Below, in pieces: positions 1-10,885 of a DNA stretch of 64,000 nucleotides (position 1 is its first letter; each line of letters starts with the position of its first letter). The notes under the pieces were generated by a model, which ran no database searches, was not told where the DNA came from, and saw only the letters and a program-made list of their open reading frames with translations. Source of the DNA: Methylocystis sp. KS32 (GTDB lineage Bacteria; Pseudomonadota; Alphaproteobacteria; Rhizobiales; Beijerinckiaceae); contig PHSQ01000004.1 of the NCBI GenBank assembly GCA_002862095.1, positions 56,261 to 120,260 of the forward strand. Direction: 5' to 3'. A program made the position numbers and the translations under genes.

Positions 1-1
1 T

Positions 2-1024
2 GGCGTCAATCTCGTTGGCGGAAAGGCCTTCGTTTCGATTGCAGGCGATCCCTCGAAGGCCGATTCATGGGAAAATGTCCGGCGGCTTGCGGAAGAGGCG
101 ATCGCCAAGCTTCCGGGGGTGGACAAAGCCGTGGTCACCCTGACGGCGGAGCGGCAGGCGCACGCGGCGCATCATCAGCATAGCCACGCTCCGTCGGGGC
201 AAGCGGCCCCAAGACGCGGTCTATCGGCGGCGGTGCAAAACATTCGCTTCATTATAGCCGTCGCCTCCGGTAAAGGCGGAGTCGGGAAGTCCACCACCGC
301 CGCTAATCTCGCGCTCGGCCTTGCCGCGCAAGGCTGGCGCGTCGGGCTCCTCGACGCGGACGTCTACGGTCCGTCGGCGCCGCGGCTGTTCGGGTTGCAA
401 GGCAAGCCGAACCTGGCCGACGGAAAAATGGTTCCTCACGAGGCTTTCGGCGTAAAGGTCATGTCGATCGGTTTTCTGGTGGACGAGGACGTGCCGATGG
501 TGTGGCGCGGACCCATGGTTTCCCAGGCGCTGACGCAGATGCTGGGCGATGTCGCCTGGGGCGCGCTCGATGCTTTGGTGGTCGATATGCCGCCCGGCAC
601 CGGAGATGTGCAACTCACGCTCGCGCAGCAGGTTCCGATCAGCGGCGCTGTCATTGTTTCCACGCCCCAGGATCTTGCATTGATCGATGCGCGTCGGGCG
701 GTCGGCATGTTCCAGCGCGTCGAGGCTCCGATCCTGGGGATAATCGAGAATATGAGCTACTTCCTCTGCCCGCACTGCGGGGGGCGGACGGAAATATTCG
801 CCCACGGCGGCGCTCGTCGCGACGCGGAAAAGATGGGCGTGCCGTTCCTCGGGGAAGTGCCGTTGGACCCCGCGATTCGTGAGACCTCGGACGCCGGTCG
901 CCCCGTGGTCGGAGTCGATCCGCACGGCCAGCATGCGGCGATTTATCTCAACCTCGCCGCCAAGGTGAAGACGCTGCTGGAGACCCAATCGCGCCGCGCG
1001 CCGCCCAGGATTATGAAAGGATAA
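2..1024 (+). CDS. mrp: Mrp/NBP35 (ApbC) Fe-S cluster carrier ATPase, 5' end outside window
   Basis: Frame is open from position 2 (GVNLVGGKAFVSI...). Deviant Walker A SGKGGVGKST, DADVYGPS, VDMPPGTGD, ENMSYFLCPHCG. Confidence 0.93.
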   Translation, partial: GVNLVGGKAFVSIAGDPSKADSWENVRRLAEEAIAKLPGVDKAVVTLTAERQAHAAHHQHSHAPSGQAAPRRGLSAAVQNIRFIIAVASGKGGVGKSTTAANLALGLAAQGWRVGLLDADVYGPSAPRLFGLQGKPNLADGKMVPHEAFGVKVMSIGFLVDEDVPMVWRGPMVSQALTQMLGDVAWGALDALVVDMPPGTGDVQLTLAQQVPISGAVIVSTPQDLALIDARRAVGMFQRVEAPILGIIENMSYFLCPHCGGRTEIFAHGGARRDAEKMGVPFLGEVPLDPAIRETSDAGRPVVGVDPHGQHAAIYLNLAAKVKTLLETQSRRAPPRIMKG

Positions 1025-1094
1025 AACCAAAGCGCCCCATGGATTGCTCCATGGAGCGCGAAAGCGGAAATCCGGGTAATTGCGACCTCCGCTT

Positions 1095-2549
1095 TCAGAA
1101 GTGAGTGGGAATCAGAGAGTGGTCGCCGGTATCGAATTTATAAGTATAGCTCAACGAAAATTCGAGCCCGCTCAGCGAGGCCGTGATATTTGTGCCAGGG
1201 CCATAATGCGGCGGGATGGCGACGGGAATTGCCCCGAAGGGCGTGCTATACGCGAAGGACACGTAAGGCACCGCCTCCGGTCCGCTTACCGAGTGTTTGA
1301 AGGCGTAGACCGTCGCGAAGTCGATCGAGGAGTTCTTGGTCAGATCGTATTTGAAGCCGCCGGCGATATGGTGCTCGCTGATAGCCGGCGCCAGAACGTT
1401 GAGCGTGACGTCCTGCGAGCCAATCATCGGACTCGTGTGGTTGTAGCCGAGCCGAAGCGTAAGCTGCTTTGTCGTCCTCCACTCAATGCCGAAAGCCTCG
1501 GAATCGGTGTCACGCCAGCCGAGCCCTGGGCCGCCGAAGGTTCCAAGCATGGCGGGATAGAGCGGATTACTTGGATTTCCCATGGCGGGCACCGCTGAAT
1601 AGAAAATGTGCTTCCAGTCCACCATTACTGTGACACTCGGAAGAATATCATAGGCGAGGCCGGCGCTCACGTCGGCGGGGATATCCATCTTGCCGTGGTC
1701 GCCGATGGCGCCGGCGTATTTTCCGAAAGGCGTCATAAACATCGGCGTCGCGCCGGCGAGACCCAGTCGCAATTCCTTGGTGATGTCGTATTGAAGACCT
1801 ATACGGAACCCGCCGCCGAACGAGTAGTCATAGCCGTTGTCGGATAAGTGGTAGGGATCCCAGGAATAGGGCGAGAGAGTTTTGAGCCCCTGAATGTTCA
1901 GGGCCTGCCCCGCGAGTGTCGGAGCAAATCCGACAGAGACCGGGCCGAACTTGCGCGCGTAAACGACGCTGAAGAATTCCTGCTCAAGGTCAATGCCCGC
2001 GAATCCGCCCCCGAACGGGCCACCGAGCGTCGGGCTGATCAGTGGACCTGCGGCGCTGATGGGGCCGAGAGACAATGACGGCGCAAAGACAGGCGGCTTG
2101 AAATGTCCGGCGTCGTAGGAGGTGTTGATCCCGCCATTGCCGTAGGAAACCATGCCCCAGGCTGATTCGGCGTCGATCGGCTCGATATTGGCGCTGTAGG
2201 GAACAGGAAAGATTGTACGGCCGCTTTGCACATTGCCGGGAGCGACAACCGACAGCGGACCGCTGGCGTCATAGCCGCGATCAGGCAACAGGGCGGAGAC
2301 GCCGAACTGATATTGTCGATCCAATCCGACGATGCCGGCTGGATTGACCGCCATCGACATGGCGTCCTTGGAGTCCGCGACATCCGAGCCCGCGAGGGCT
2401 TTTTGCCTTGCGCCGTAACCGATAAGCTCAATTCCCTCGGCGGCAAGGCTGGAATGGGCCGGGATTAGCGATACGACAGACATAGAAGCCAATAATGCGC
2501 GCCGGATGTTCTGTCTCATATGGATCGACCTGTAGGCTAACGGTTGCAA
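1095..2549 (-). CDS. OmpP1/FadL/TodX family outer-membrane hydrophobic-substrate channel
   Basis: Signal peptide; N-terminal hatch-like GARQKALAGS..NPAG; beta-strand pattern; C-terminal Phe. Confidence 0.85.
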   Translation of the reverse strand: MQPLAYRSIHMRQNIRRALLASMSVVSLIPAHSSLAAEGIELIGYGARQKALAGSDVADSKDAMSMAVNPAGIVGLDRQYQFGVSALLPDRGYDASGPLSVVAPGNVQSGRTIFPVPYSANIEPIDAESAWGMVSYGNGGINTSYDAGHFKPPVFAPSLSLGPISAAGPLISPTLGGPFGGGFAGIDLEQEFFSVVYARKFGPVSVGFAPTLAGQALNIQGLKTLSPYSWDPYHLSDNGYDYSFGGGFRIGLQYDITKELRLGLAGATPMFMTPFGKYAGAIGDHGKMDIPADVSAGLAYDILPSVTVMVDWKHIFYSAVPAMGNPSNPLYPAMLGTFGGPGLGWRDTDSEAFGIEWRTTKQLTLRLGYNHTSPMIGSQDVTLNVLAPAISEHHIAGGFKYDLTKNSSIDFATVYAFKHSVSGPEAVPYVSFAYSTPFGAIPVAIPPHYGPGTNITASLSGLEFSLSYTYKFDTGDHSLIPTHF

Positions 2550-2765
2550 AATTTACGCCCATGCACGCACAGGCCTCTCCGAATCCATCCTAGCTCCTAA
2601 CAGAATCTCCGTGATTCGAGCAGTCTCTCGGAGGCGATGCCGGCTTTTTTGTCCGAATTGTCACGTATTTGCCACATCTGTATTCGCTTTCGGTTGTCAA
2701 GTGACGAACTTCATCTTCTCTAGAATTGCTTGCGAAGTGGCTAACAAATCGCTAGTTTCGTAAAG

Positions 2766-4782
<2,017 letters not shown>

Positions 4783-5251
4783 GCAAAATAACATTCGCAA
4801 TTAGGGCGGCGACACCTCCGCGACCCTTGCGTCGATCCACGACAGCGCGTTGTCGAGCTTCGAGACGCCGTCGGGGTCGTTTGCGATCTTACTCAAAGGA
4901 ATGCCGGGGTATTTTTCCAGTTGAGCGTCCGTGAGAGTAACGCCCGCTATTGAGGCAAATAAGCTCAATAGTTTTCGGCGGGTTTCCACGGAGCCGAATA
5001 CCGGTTTTCCGACGAGCGCGCCGAATTGAATGTAGAGTTTGCCGTTCGTCGAAAGGTAAAGTGGGGCCATACGCACGCCGTTGGGCCGAATGACAGCGGA
5101 AATCGAACCGCTTTGTCCGCCGCCATAAGCAATCTCTCGATCGCCGCGGCGCATCCAATCGAAAATGTGCCGTGCGACATCTACTTCTGGCGGGCTCGCA
5201 TCATGCGCCAACGCCTCATAGAAGGTGCTTTCGTTCCAATCGCGCTTAGTA

Positions 5252-5514
5252 CTACTGCGTCATGAACGAATTTATCGGCGGTTTCGTCATTGCGAGCCGA
5301 AGGCGTGGCAATCCAGGGGGGCTGGCGCGGCTTAAGGATTGCTTCGCTGCGCTCGCAATGACGGGCGCGCAATCCAGGGGGCTGGCCCACCCCGTCATTG
5401 CGAGCCGAAGGCGTGGCAATCCAGGGGGCTGGCGCGGCTTAAGGATTGCTTCGGCTCGCGCTCGCAATGACGGGCGCTGGCCCGGCCCCAGGCCGCTTCG
5501 TGACGCAGTAGAAT
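5252..5514. mobile_element. MITE-like unit A (263 bp) with two CGTC-type REP doublets
   Basis: Ends CTACTGCGTCA / TGACGCAGTAG(AAT), flanked by TA (5250-51, 5515-16). Contains two copies of CGTCATTGCGAGCCGAAGGCGTGGCAATCC...GGATTGCTTCG..GCTCGCAATGACG. Confidence 0.8.
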
Positions 5515-5516
5515 TA

Positions 5517-5629
5517 GAGCAAAATCCGAAAAAGTTGATAGACTTTTTCGATTGGATTTTGCTCCCGCTTTTTGAATCTGGAGCGATTTCTTAATCGACC
5601 AGACGATTCCGTCTGGTCGGAAAGCGCTC
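5517..5629. mobile_element. MITE-like palindromic unit C (113 bp)
   Basis: GAGC...GCTC ends flanked by TA; two internal hairpins (GAAAAAGT-TGATAG-ACTTTTTC; CGACCAGACG-ATTC-CGTCTGGTCG). An inverted second copy is at 60117-60228. Confidence 0.8.
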
Positions 5630-5631
5630 TA

Positions 5632-5789
5632 ATTCTACTGCGTCCTGAACGAATTTGTCGGCGGTTTCGTCATTGCGAGCCGAAGGCGTGGCAATCCAGG
5701 GGGCTGGCGCGGCTTAAGGATTGCTTCGGCTCGCGCTCGCAATGACGGGCGCTGGCCCGGCCCCAGGCCGCTTCGTGACGCAGTAGAAT
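5632..5789. mobile_element. MITE-like unit B (158 bp) with one CGTC-type REP doublet
   Basis: 14-bp TIR ATTCTACTGCGTCC / TGACGCAGTAGAAT (13/14 match), flanked by TA (5630-31, 5790-91); near-identical to parts of unit A. Confidence 0.82.
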
Positions 5790-6066
5790 TAGCTGCATTT
5801 GCGTTTCGCCTGTCCCGCGTTTCCTGAGTTTGCCCAAAAACCATCGGGATAATTGTCTCTATATCGCCTTCACCGCGATATCGTCGCAGCTCAATCGCAA
5901 GAACCTCAGCGTTTCTCATCTGATCGTTAAGGAACTCAACGACGCGTCGCAATTCAATTGGAATCTCATCAGCGACGAACAATAGCCGTAACCGGCCATT
6001 GTCAAGATTTTCTTGCGCATTTTTCCAGTATTGCTCAACGCCGTCAGTGCTGTCTTCGGACGGACT

Positions 6067-6571
6067 CTAATTTTCAACCCCATAAATCTCCCGCACCTTC
6101 ACCTCCATCCCCGGCGGATCGAGCGCAATGGTTCCGTCCCGCAGGATGCGAGTCAGAATGTCTTCGCCGTGGCGCTGGTGGTGGATGACGAGGACTTTAT
6201 CGGGATCGATGATGAGATAATGCGCGACCCTGGGCAGGCGGAAATAATCCGCCAGCTTGCGGCCGCGATCCACGCGCCCGGGCGAGGGGGGAAAGCATCT
6301 CGACAATGACCACCGGGTTTTCGACGAGCATGGCCGATGGCGGCGGCTTCTCGCCTCAATAGACCATGGCGTCCGGCTCATAGGCCGTCGTCTCGTCGAT
6401 CCTGACGGTCGCCCCATCCGGCACGACATGGCAGGGGAGCCCCTTGGCGCGCACGGCCGCCGGCAGGGCGACATGGGTGGCGGGTTTCTTCTCCCAATGC
6501 GCCGCCCGCTCGGCCCAGGCGAGAAATTCATCGACGCTCATGCGCGCCGGCGTTTGCGGCTGCGTGCACAT
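6067..6571 (-). pseudogene. Uma2/DUF820 family endonuclease pseudogene
   Basis: MSVDEFLAWAE..GLPCHVVPDGATVRIDETTAYEPDAMVY*GEKPPPSAMLVENPVVIVEMLSPS..KLADYFRLPRVAHYLIIDP; in-frame TGA at 6358-6356; N-terminal segment looks shortened relative to the family. Confidence 0.85.
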
Positions 6572-6746
6572 GGGCGGGAGAATAACGCATTGGGCCAGAA
6601 ACGGCCATGCGTCGCTTGCGCCTCCAAAACAGGCTCCCTGCGACAATCTGAATTTGTGTCTCTCTATTGACAGTAAATTGTAAAACTGGCCTATGCCCCG
6701 CCGGGGAGAGGCTCCGGATAAATAAATCAACCGAGGAAACACCAAG

Positions 6747-7022
6747 ATGAAAAAGACCATTCTTCTGGCGACGGCTCTGATGTTGGGCGGAATGATCGCC
6801 CCCTCTTACGCCTTCGAGGGCTCGGCCGTGATCGGCCTGAAAAGCCCCGTTACGACCGTGACTTGCGACATCCGCAACGAGGACGAGCAGGCTGTCTGCG
6901 CGAGCAACTGCGATGACAAGTATATCCGCGGCAAGCAGCACAACATGACCGACCAGTCCAAGAACGAGGAAGAAAAGAAGGCCTGCGACGCCAAGTGCGG
7001 CTGCCCGCAGAATTCCAAGTAA
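6747..7022 (+). CDS. Small secreted Cys-rich hypothetical protein (91 aa)
   Basis: GAGGA RBS; Sec signal MKKTILLATALMLGGMIAPSYA; six Cys; host-like codon usage. Confidence 0.85.
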   Translation: MKKTILLATALMLGGMIAPSYAFEGSAVIGLKSPVTTVTCDIRNEDEQAVCASNCDDKYIRGKQHNMTDQSKNEEEKKACDAKCGCPQNSK

Positions 7023-7148
7023 AAAGCGAAAGCGGGCCCTCGTTTTAGGAGGCCCGCGGCCGGCGCGCCGCGCGGCCTTGTGGACATCGACCGGACCCGC
7101 GTGTTAGGGCCGCGCCTCTCCCCATTTTCCAATTCCGAGGCTCTCCCG

Positions 7149-8453
7149 ATGATTCCGCGCTATTCCCGCAAGGCGATGACCGATATCTGGGAGCCGCAGA
7201 CCCGTTTCAAAATCTGGTTCGAGATCGAGGCGCACGCCTGCGACGCGCTCGCCGAACTCGGCGTCATCCCGGAGGAAAGCGCCAGGGCGATTTGGGAAAA
7301 GGCGGGGAACGTCACCTTCGATGTCGCCCGCATCGACGAGATCGAACGCGTCACCAAGCACGACGTCATCGCCTTCCTCACTCACCTCGCCGAATTCATC
7401 GGCCCCGACTCGCGTTTCGTGCACCAGGGCATGACTAGTTCCGACGTGCTCGACACCTGCCTTTCGGTTCAGCTCACGCGGGCGGCAGATCTGCTTATCG
7501 CCGATGTGGACGCCCTTCTCGCCGCGATAAAGAAGCGCGCTTTCGAGCACAAATTCACGCCGACCATCGGCCGTTCGCATGGCATTCATGCCGAGCCGGT
7601 GACCTTCGGCCTCAAGCTCGCGCAAGCCTATGCCGAGTTTTCGCGCGCGAGGGAGCGGCTTGTCGCCGCGCGCAAGGAAGTGGCCGTGTGCGCGATTTCC
7701 GGAGCGGTCGGAACCTTCGCCAATATCGATCCGCGCGTGGAGGCGCATGTCGCCAAGGAACTCGGCCTCGCCGTCGAACCCATATCGACCCAGGTCATCC
7801 CGCGCGACCGCCATGCCGCTTTTTTCGCGACGCTCGGCGTGGTCGCGTCCAGTGTCGAGCGGCTCGCGATCGAGGTTCGCCACCTCCAGCGTACCGAAGT
7901 GCTCGAGGCCGAGGAGTATTTCTCCGTCGGGCAGAAGGGCTCTTCCGCGATGCCGCATAAGCGCAATCCGGTTCTGACCGAAAACCTGACCGGCCTCGCG
8001 CGGCTGGTGCGCGGCATGGCGATTCCGGCCATGGAGAATGTAGCGCTGTGGCACGAGCGCGACATTTCCCATTCCTCCGTCGAGCGGATGATTGGCCCCG
8101 ACGCCACCGTGACGCTGGACTTCGCGCTCGTCCGTCTCACTAATGTTATCGAGAATCTTCTCGTCTATCCCGAGAACATGCGGAAGAATCTCGACAGGTT
8201 GGGAGGCTTGGTTCATTCCCAGCGCGTGCTGCTGGCGCTCACCCAAAAGGGCGTCTCGCGAGAGGACGCCTACGCCATGGTGCAGCGCAATGCGATGCCG
8301 GTTTGGCGCGGGGAGGGGGAGTTCCGGGCGCTCCTGGGCGCCGACAAGGAGGTGAGCGCCCGGCTCTCTCCCGCCGAGCTCGATGAACTCTTCGATCTCT
8401 CCTATCATTTCAAGCAGGTAGACACGATATTCAAACGGGTCTTCGGCGCCTGA
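7149..8453 (+). CDS. purB: Adenylosuccinate lyase
   Basis: MIPRYSR start; GRSHGIHAEP; signature GSSAMPHKRNP; WHERDISHSS. Confidence 0.97.
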   Translation: MIPRYSRKAMTDIWEPQTRFKIWFEIEAHACDALAELGVIPEESARAIWEKAGNVTFDVARIDEIERVTKHDVIAFLTHLAEFIGPDSRFVHQGMTSSDVLDTCLSVQLTRAADLLIADVDALLAAIKKRAFEHKFTPTIGRSHGIHAEPVTFGLKLAQAYAEFSRARERLVAARKEVAVCAISGAVGTFANIDPRVEAHVAKELGLAVEPISTQVIPRDRHAAFFATLGVVASSVERLAIEVRHLQRTEVLEAEEYFSVGQKGSSAMPHKRNPVLTENLTGLARLVRGMAIPAMENVALWHERDISHSSVERMIGPDATVTLDFALVRLTNVIENLLVYPENMRKNLDRLGGLVHSQRVLLALTQKGVSREDAYAMVQRNAMPVWRGEGEFRALLGADKEVSARLSPAELDELFDLSYHFKQVDTIFKRVFGA

Positions 8454-8460
8454 TCACGGA

Positions 8461-9507
8461 TTATTCTTGGCGTGGAGGTTTGCGATTTGGCTCGCGGTGC
8501 GGCCGGGTGAGGCCCATCCGCCGCATGAAGAGCAGCGCAGAGAGCGAAGCGGCGAGGCAAAGGCCGGCGGCATAGGCCGTGCCGTGCGCCGTTTCCGTGA
8601 AGGGCAATTCCCTGGTGTTCATGCCGAAAAAGCCGGTGACGAAGGTCGCTGGCAGCAACAGCGTGGTGACCATGGTCAGAATGTAAAGCCGATCGTTCGT
8701 GACGAGGCTGGCGATCGCATTAAGTTCGTCCTGCAAAAGTCGCGCGCGATCCTGCACTTCGGCGAGGTCGTGAGCAAGTATGTCGGCGCGACGGGCGAGT
8801 CTCGCCCCGACTTCCTTCAGTTCTTCCTCTTCGGGGTCGCTTAGGGTCGCTTCAAGCCGCAGCAATGGGGAGCGCAAGCCGGCGGCTTCACGCGCCAGCC
8901 GCAGCGCCACTCGACGCACCGCGCCAAGCGCCGCGCCCTCGCCCTGGCCTTTGCCGTCCGCCACGATGCGCTCCTCGACGCCGTCGAGCGCCGCGGACAG
9001 TTCAAAAATGATCTTGCCCAATTCGTCGCAAAGATGGCCGACAATCGTTTCGAACAATTCGAGCGGGGAACTCGCGAGGCGTCCAGCGGACAGCGCGATT
9101 CTCGTGGACTCGACGGCGTTGACAGGGGCGTCGCGAGCGCTGACCAGAAAGCGTTCCCCAAAGGCGAAACGCAGATAGCCTGTTCGCGGCAAGCGTCCCG
9201 CGACCCCTCGCTCTCGGTCGACAAAGGCGCCGCGCACGATGTCGCCGCGATGGTCGATAAACTGATGGTCCATCGGCTCCATCAGCGTTTTGCGCGCGTC
9301 TTCCGGCAAAGCGGCGAGCCGTTCGATCAGCCCTTTTGCGCGCGCGTCGTTCAAGTCGAGATGCAGCCAGATGAATCCCTCGCCGGGCGCGCCGAGCTTC
9401 GCAATGTCCTCCTCGTCGCCGGGTTCTGCTCGTCCTTCGTCGTCGAAATGCAATATCCAGGCGCAGCCAGGTATCGCGGTTGAGGGCTTAATATGGTCGG
9501 GACTCAT
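8461..9507 (-). CDS. CorA/ZntB family divalent-cation transporter
   Basis: WLHLD N-terminal motif; two C-terminal TM helices with LPATFVTGFFGMN. Start placed at ATG 9507; the upstream part of the 621-aa ORF is antisense to the desulfurase. Confidence 0.88.
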   Translation of the reverse strand: MSPDHIKPSTAIPGCAWILHFDDEGRAEPGDEEDIAKLGAPGEGFIWLHLDLNDARAKGLIERLAALPEDARKTLMEPMDHQFIDHRGDIVRGAFVDRERGVAGRLPRTGYLRFAFGERFLVSARDAPVNAVESTRIALSAGRLASSPLELFETIVGHLCDELGKIIFELSAALDGVEERIVADGKGQGEGAALGAVRRVALRLAREAAGLRSPLLRLEATLSDPEEEELKEVGARLARRADILAHDLAEVQDRARLLQDELNAIASLVTNDRLYILTMVTTLLLPATFVTGFFGMNTRELPFTETAHGTAYAAGLCLAASLSALLFMRRMGLTRPHREPNRKPPRQE

Positions 9508-9654
9508 GGATGACGCCTCCGGGGATGAATAGTTGCGGCGGCCGCCGAACATGACGCAAGCGCGATTTAAGGGGAAGCGGACCGAAGCCCGTGGTTGATG
9601 GCCGTCGCCGCGCTTGCTTATATGAAGCCTTGTTTGGGAAAATCGTGACGGAAC

Positions 9655-10818
9655 ATGGCTGAGTTGACACGCGTCTATCTCGATTACAATGCGACGGCTC
9701 CGCTGCGGCCGCAAGCGCGCGCCGCCATGCTCGCGGCTTTGGACACACTCGGAAATCCCTCTTCGGTCCATGCGGAAGGGCGCGCGGCGCGGGAATCGAT
9801 GGCGCGGGCGAGGCGCGTCATCGCCTCGGCCATTGGCGCCGCGCCGCGAAATCTTGTTTTCACGAGCGGCGCCACCGAGGCGGCGAATCTCGTCCTCACG
9901 CCGCATGTTCAGCTGGGCCGGCGCGATAAGCCTTTCGACAGACTGCTCGTGTCGGGAGGCGAACATCCCGCCGTGCTCTCGGGCCATCGGTTTCCCCCGG
10001 AGCGGGTGGAAGTCCTGCCTCTCACGGCCGAAGGCAGGCTCTGCCTGAACGCACTCAAAGCCGCTTTGACGCACGGTGCGGATTCGAGAACCATTCTCGC
10101 ACTTCAGGCCGTGAACAACGAGACTGGGGTCATGCAACCCGTGCGGCAGGCGGCGGACCTGGTCCATGCGGAGGGCGGGCTCGTTGTTTGCGACGCGACC
10201 CAGGCCATTGGGCGCTGCACTGCAACATTGCAGACATTCGGCGCAGATGTTTTGTTCTTTTCCTCCCACAAGCTGGGCGGGCCGGCCGGCGCGGGGGCTC
10301 TGGCGTTCTCCCGTGAAGACATCCATATAAAGGAAGCGCTTTTGAGAGGCGGCGGCCAGGAAAGCGGACGCCGGGCGGGAACCGAGAATGTGCCCGCGAT
10401 CGCTGGTTTCGCATCTGCTTTGGTCGCTTCGATCGGAAATCTGAACGAGGAGCGGGTGAGGTTGGAGGCGCTACGCGACGCCGTGGAGCGGCGGATCAAG
10501 GAAATCCTGCCCAAGGCCGTTATTTTGGGTGGAAATGTGGAGAGGGCGCCAAACGCAACGGCATTTGTCGCGCCGGGATTCGATCCGCAAACCGCCGTGA
10601 TAGCGCTTGATCTCGAAGGGGTGGCGGTTTCCGCCGGCTCCGCTTGTTCTTCCGGGAAGGTTCGCCCTTCCCATGTGCTTGCGGCGATGGGGTTTTCCGA
10701 GGAAAGGCTGCTCCGCGTCAGTCTGGGTTGGTCTTCGAGCGCAAAGGATGTAGAGTTGTTCGGCATCGCTCTTGCACGGGTTGTGGATCGGATGAGATCA
10801 CGGCAATCCGCCGCCTGA
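9655..10818 (+). CDS. Cysteine desulfurase, IscS/NifS type (first gene of suf cluster)
   Basis: YLDYNATAP, SSHKLGGP (PLP Lys), GTENV, SAGSACSSG. Confidence 0.92.
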   Translation: MAELTRVYLDYNATAPLRPQARAAMLAALDTLGNPSSVHAEGRAARESMARARRVIASAIGAAPRNLVFTSGATEAANLVLTPHVQLGRRDKPFDRLLVSGGEHPAVLSGHRFPPERVEVLPLTAEGRLCLNALKAALTHGADSRTILALQAVNNETGVMQPVRQAADLVHAEGGLVVCDATQAIGRCTATLQTFGADVLFFSSHKLGGPAGAGALAFSREDIHIKEALLRGGGQESGRRAGTENVPAIAGFASALVASIGNLNEERVRLEALRDAVERRIKEILPKAVILGGNVERAPNATAFVAPGFDPQTAVIALDLEGVAVSAGSACSSGKVRPSHVLAAMGFSEERLLRVSLGWSSSAKDVELFGIALARVVDRMRSRQSAA

Positions 10819-10885
10819 GTTGGGGCCGGTCCCCAAAAAATTCGGCCGACGGGCCTTGAACCCGCCGTGACGAGGAGAAAAGATC

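Larger units (their letters stand above)
4801..6066 (-). pseudogene. 5'-truncated, insertion-split remnant of a conserved hypothetical (NucS-like PD-(D/E)XK nuclease-associated) protein
   Basis: YWKNAQENLDNGRLRLLFVADEIPIELRRVVEFLNDQM..EVLAIELRRY segment (6066-5792) joins in frame to TKRDWNESTFYEALAHDASPPEVDVARHIFDW.. (5249-4801) once 5252-5791 is removed. The upstream frame is closed by the TAG at 6069-6067. Confidence 0.75.

Noticed and set aside
155-190. His-rich linker (HAAHHQHSH) in Mrp
   Set aside because: Variable His-rich linkers between DUF59 and the ATPase domain are common; no further support for a special role.
6356-6358. In-frame TGA at a Cys position in Uma2 read as selenocysteine
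   Set aside because: No convincing SECIS hairpin seen immediately downstream, and the gene has a second lesion, so pseudogenisation is simpler.
9508-10326. N-terminal 273-aa extension of the CorA/ZntB ORF
   Set aside because: Lies antisense to the cysteine desulfurase; the transporter domain begins near ATG 9507.
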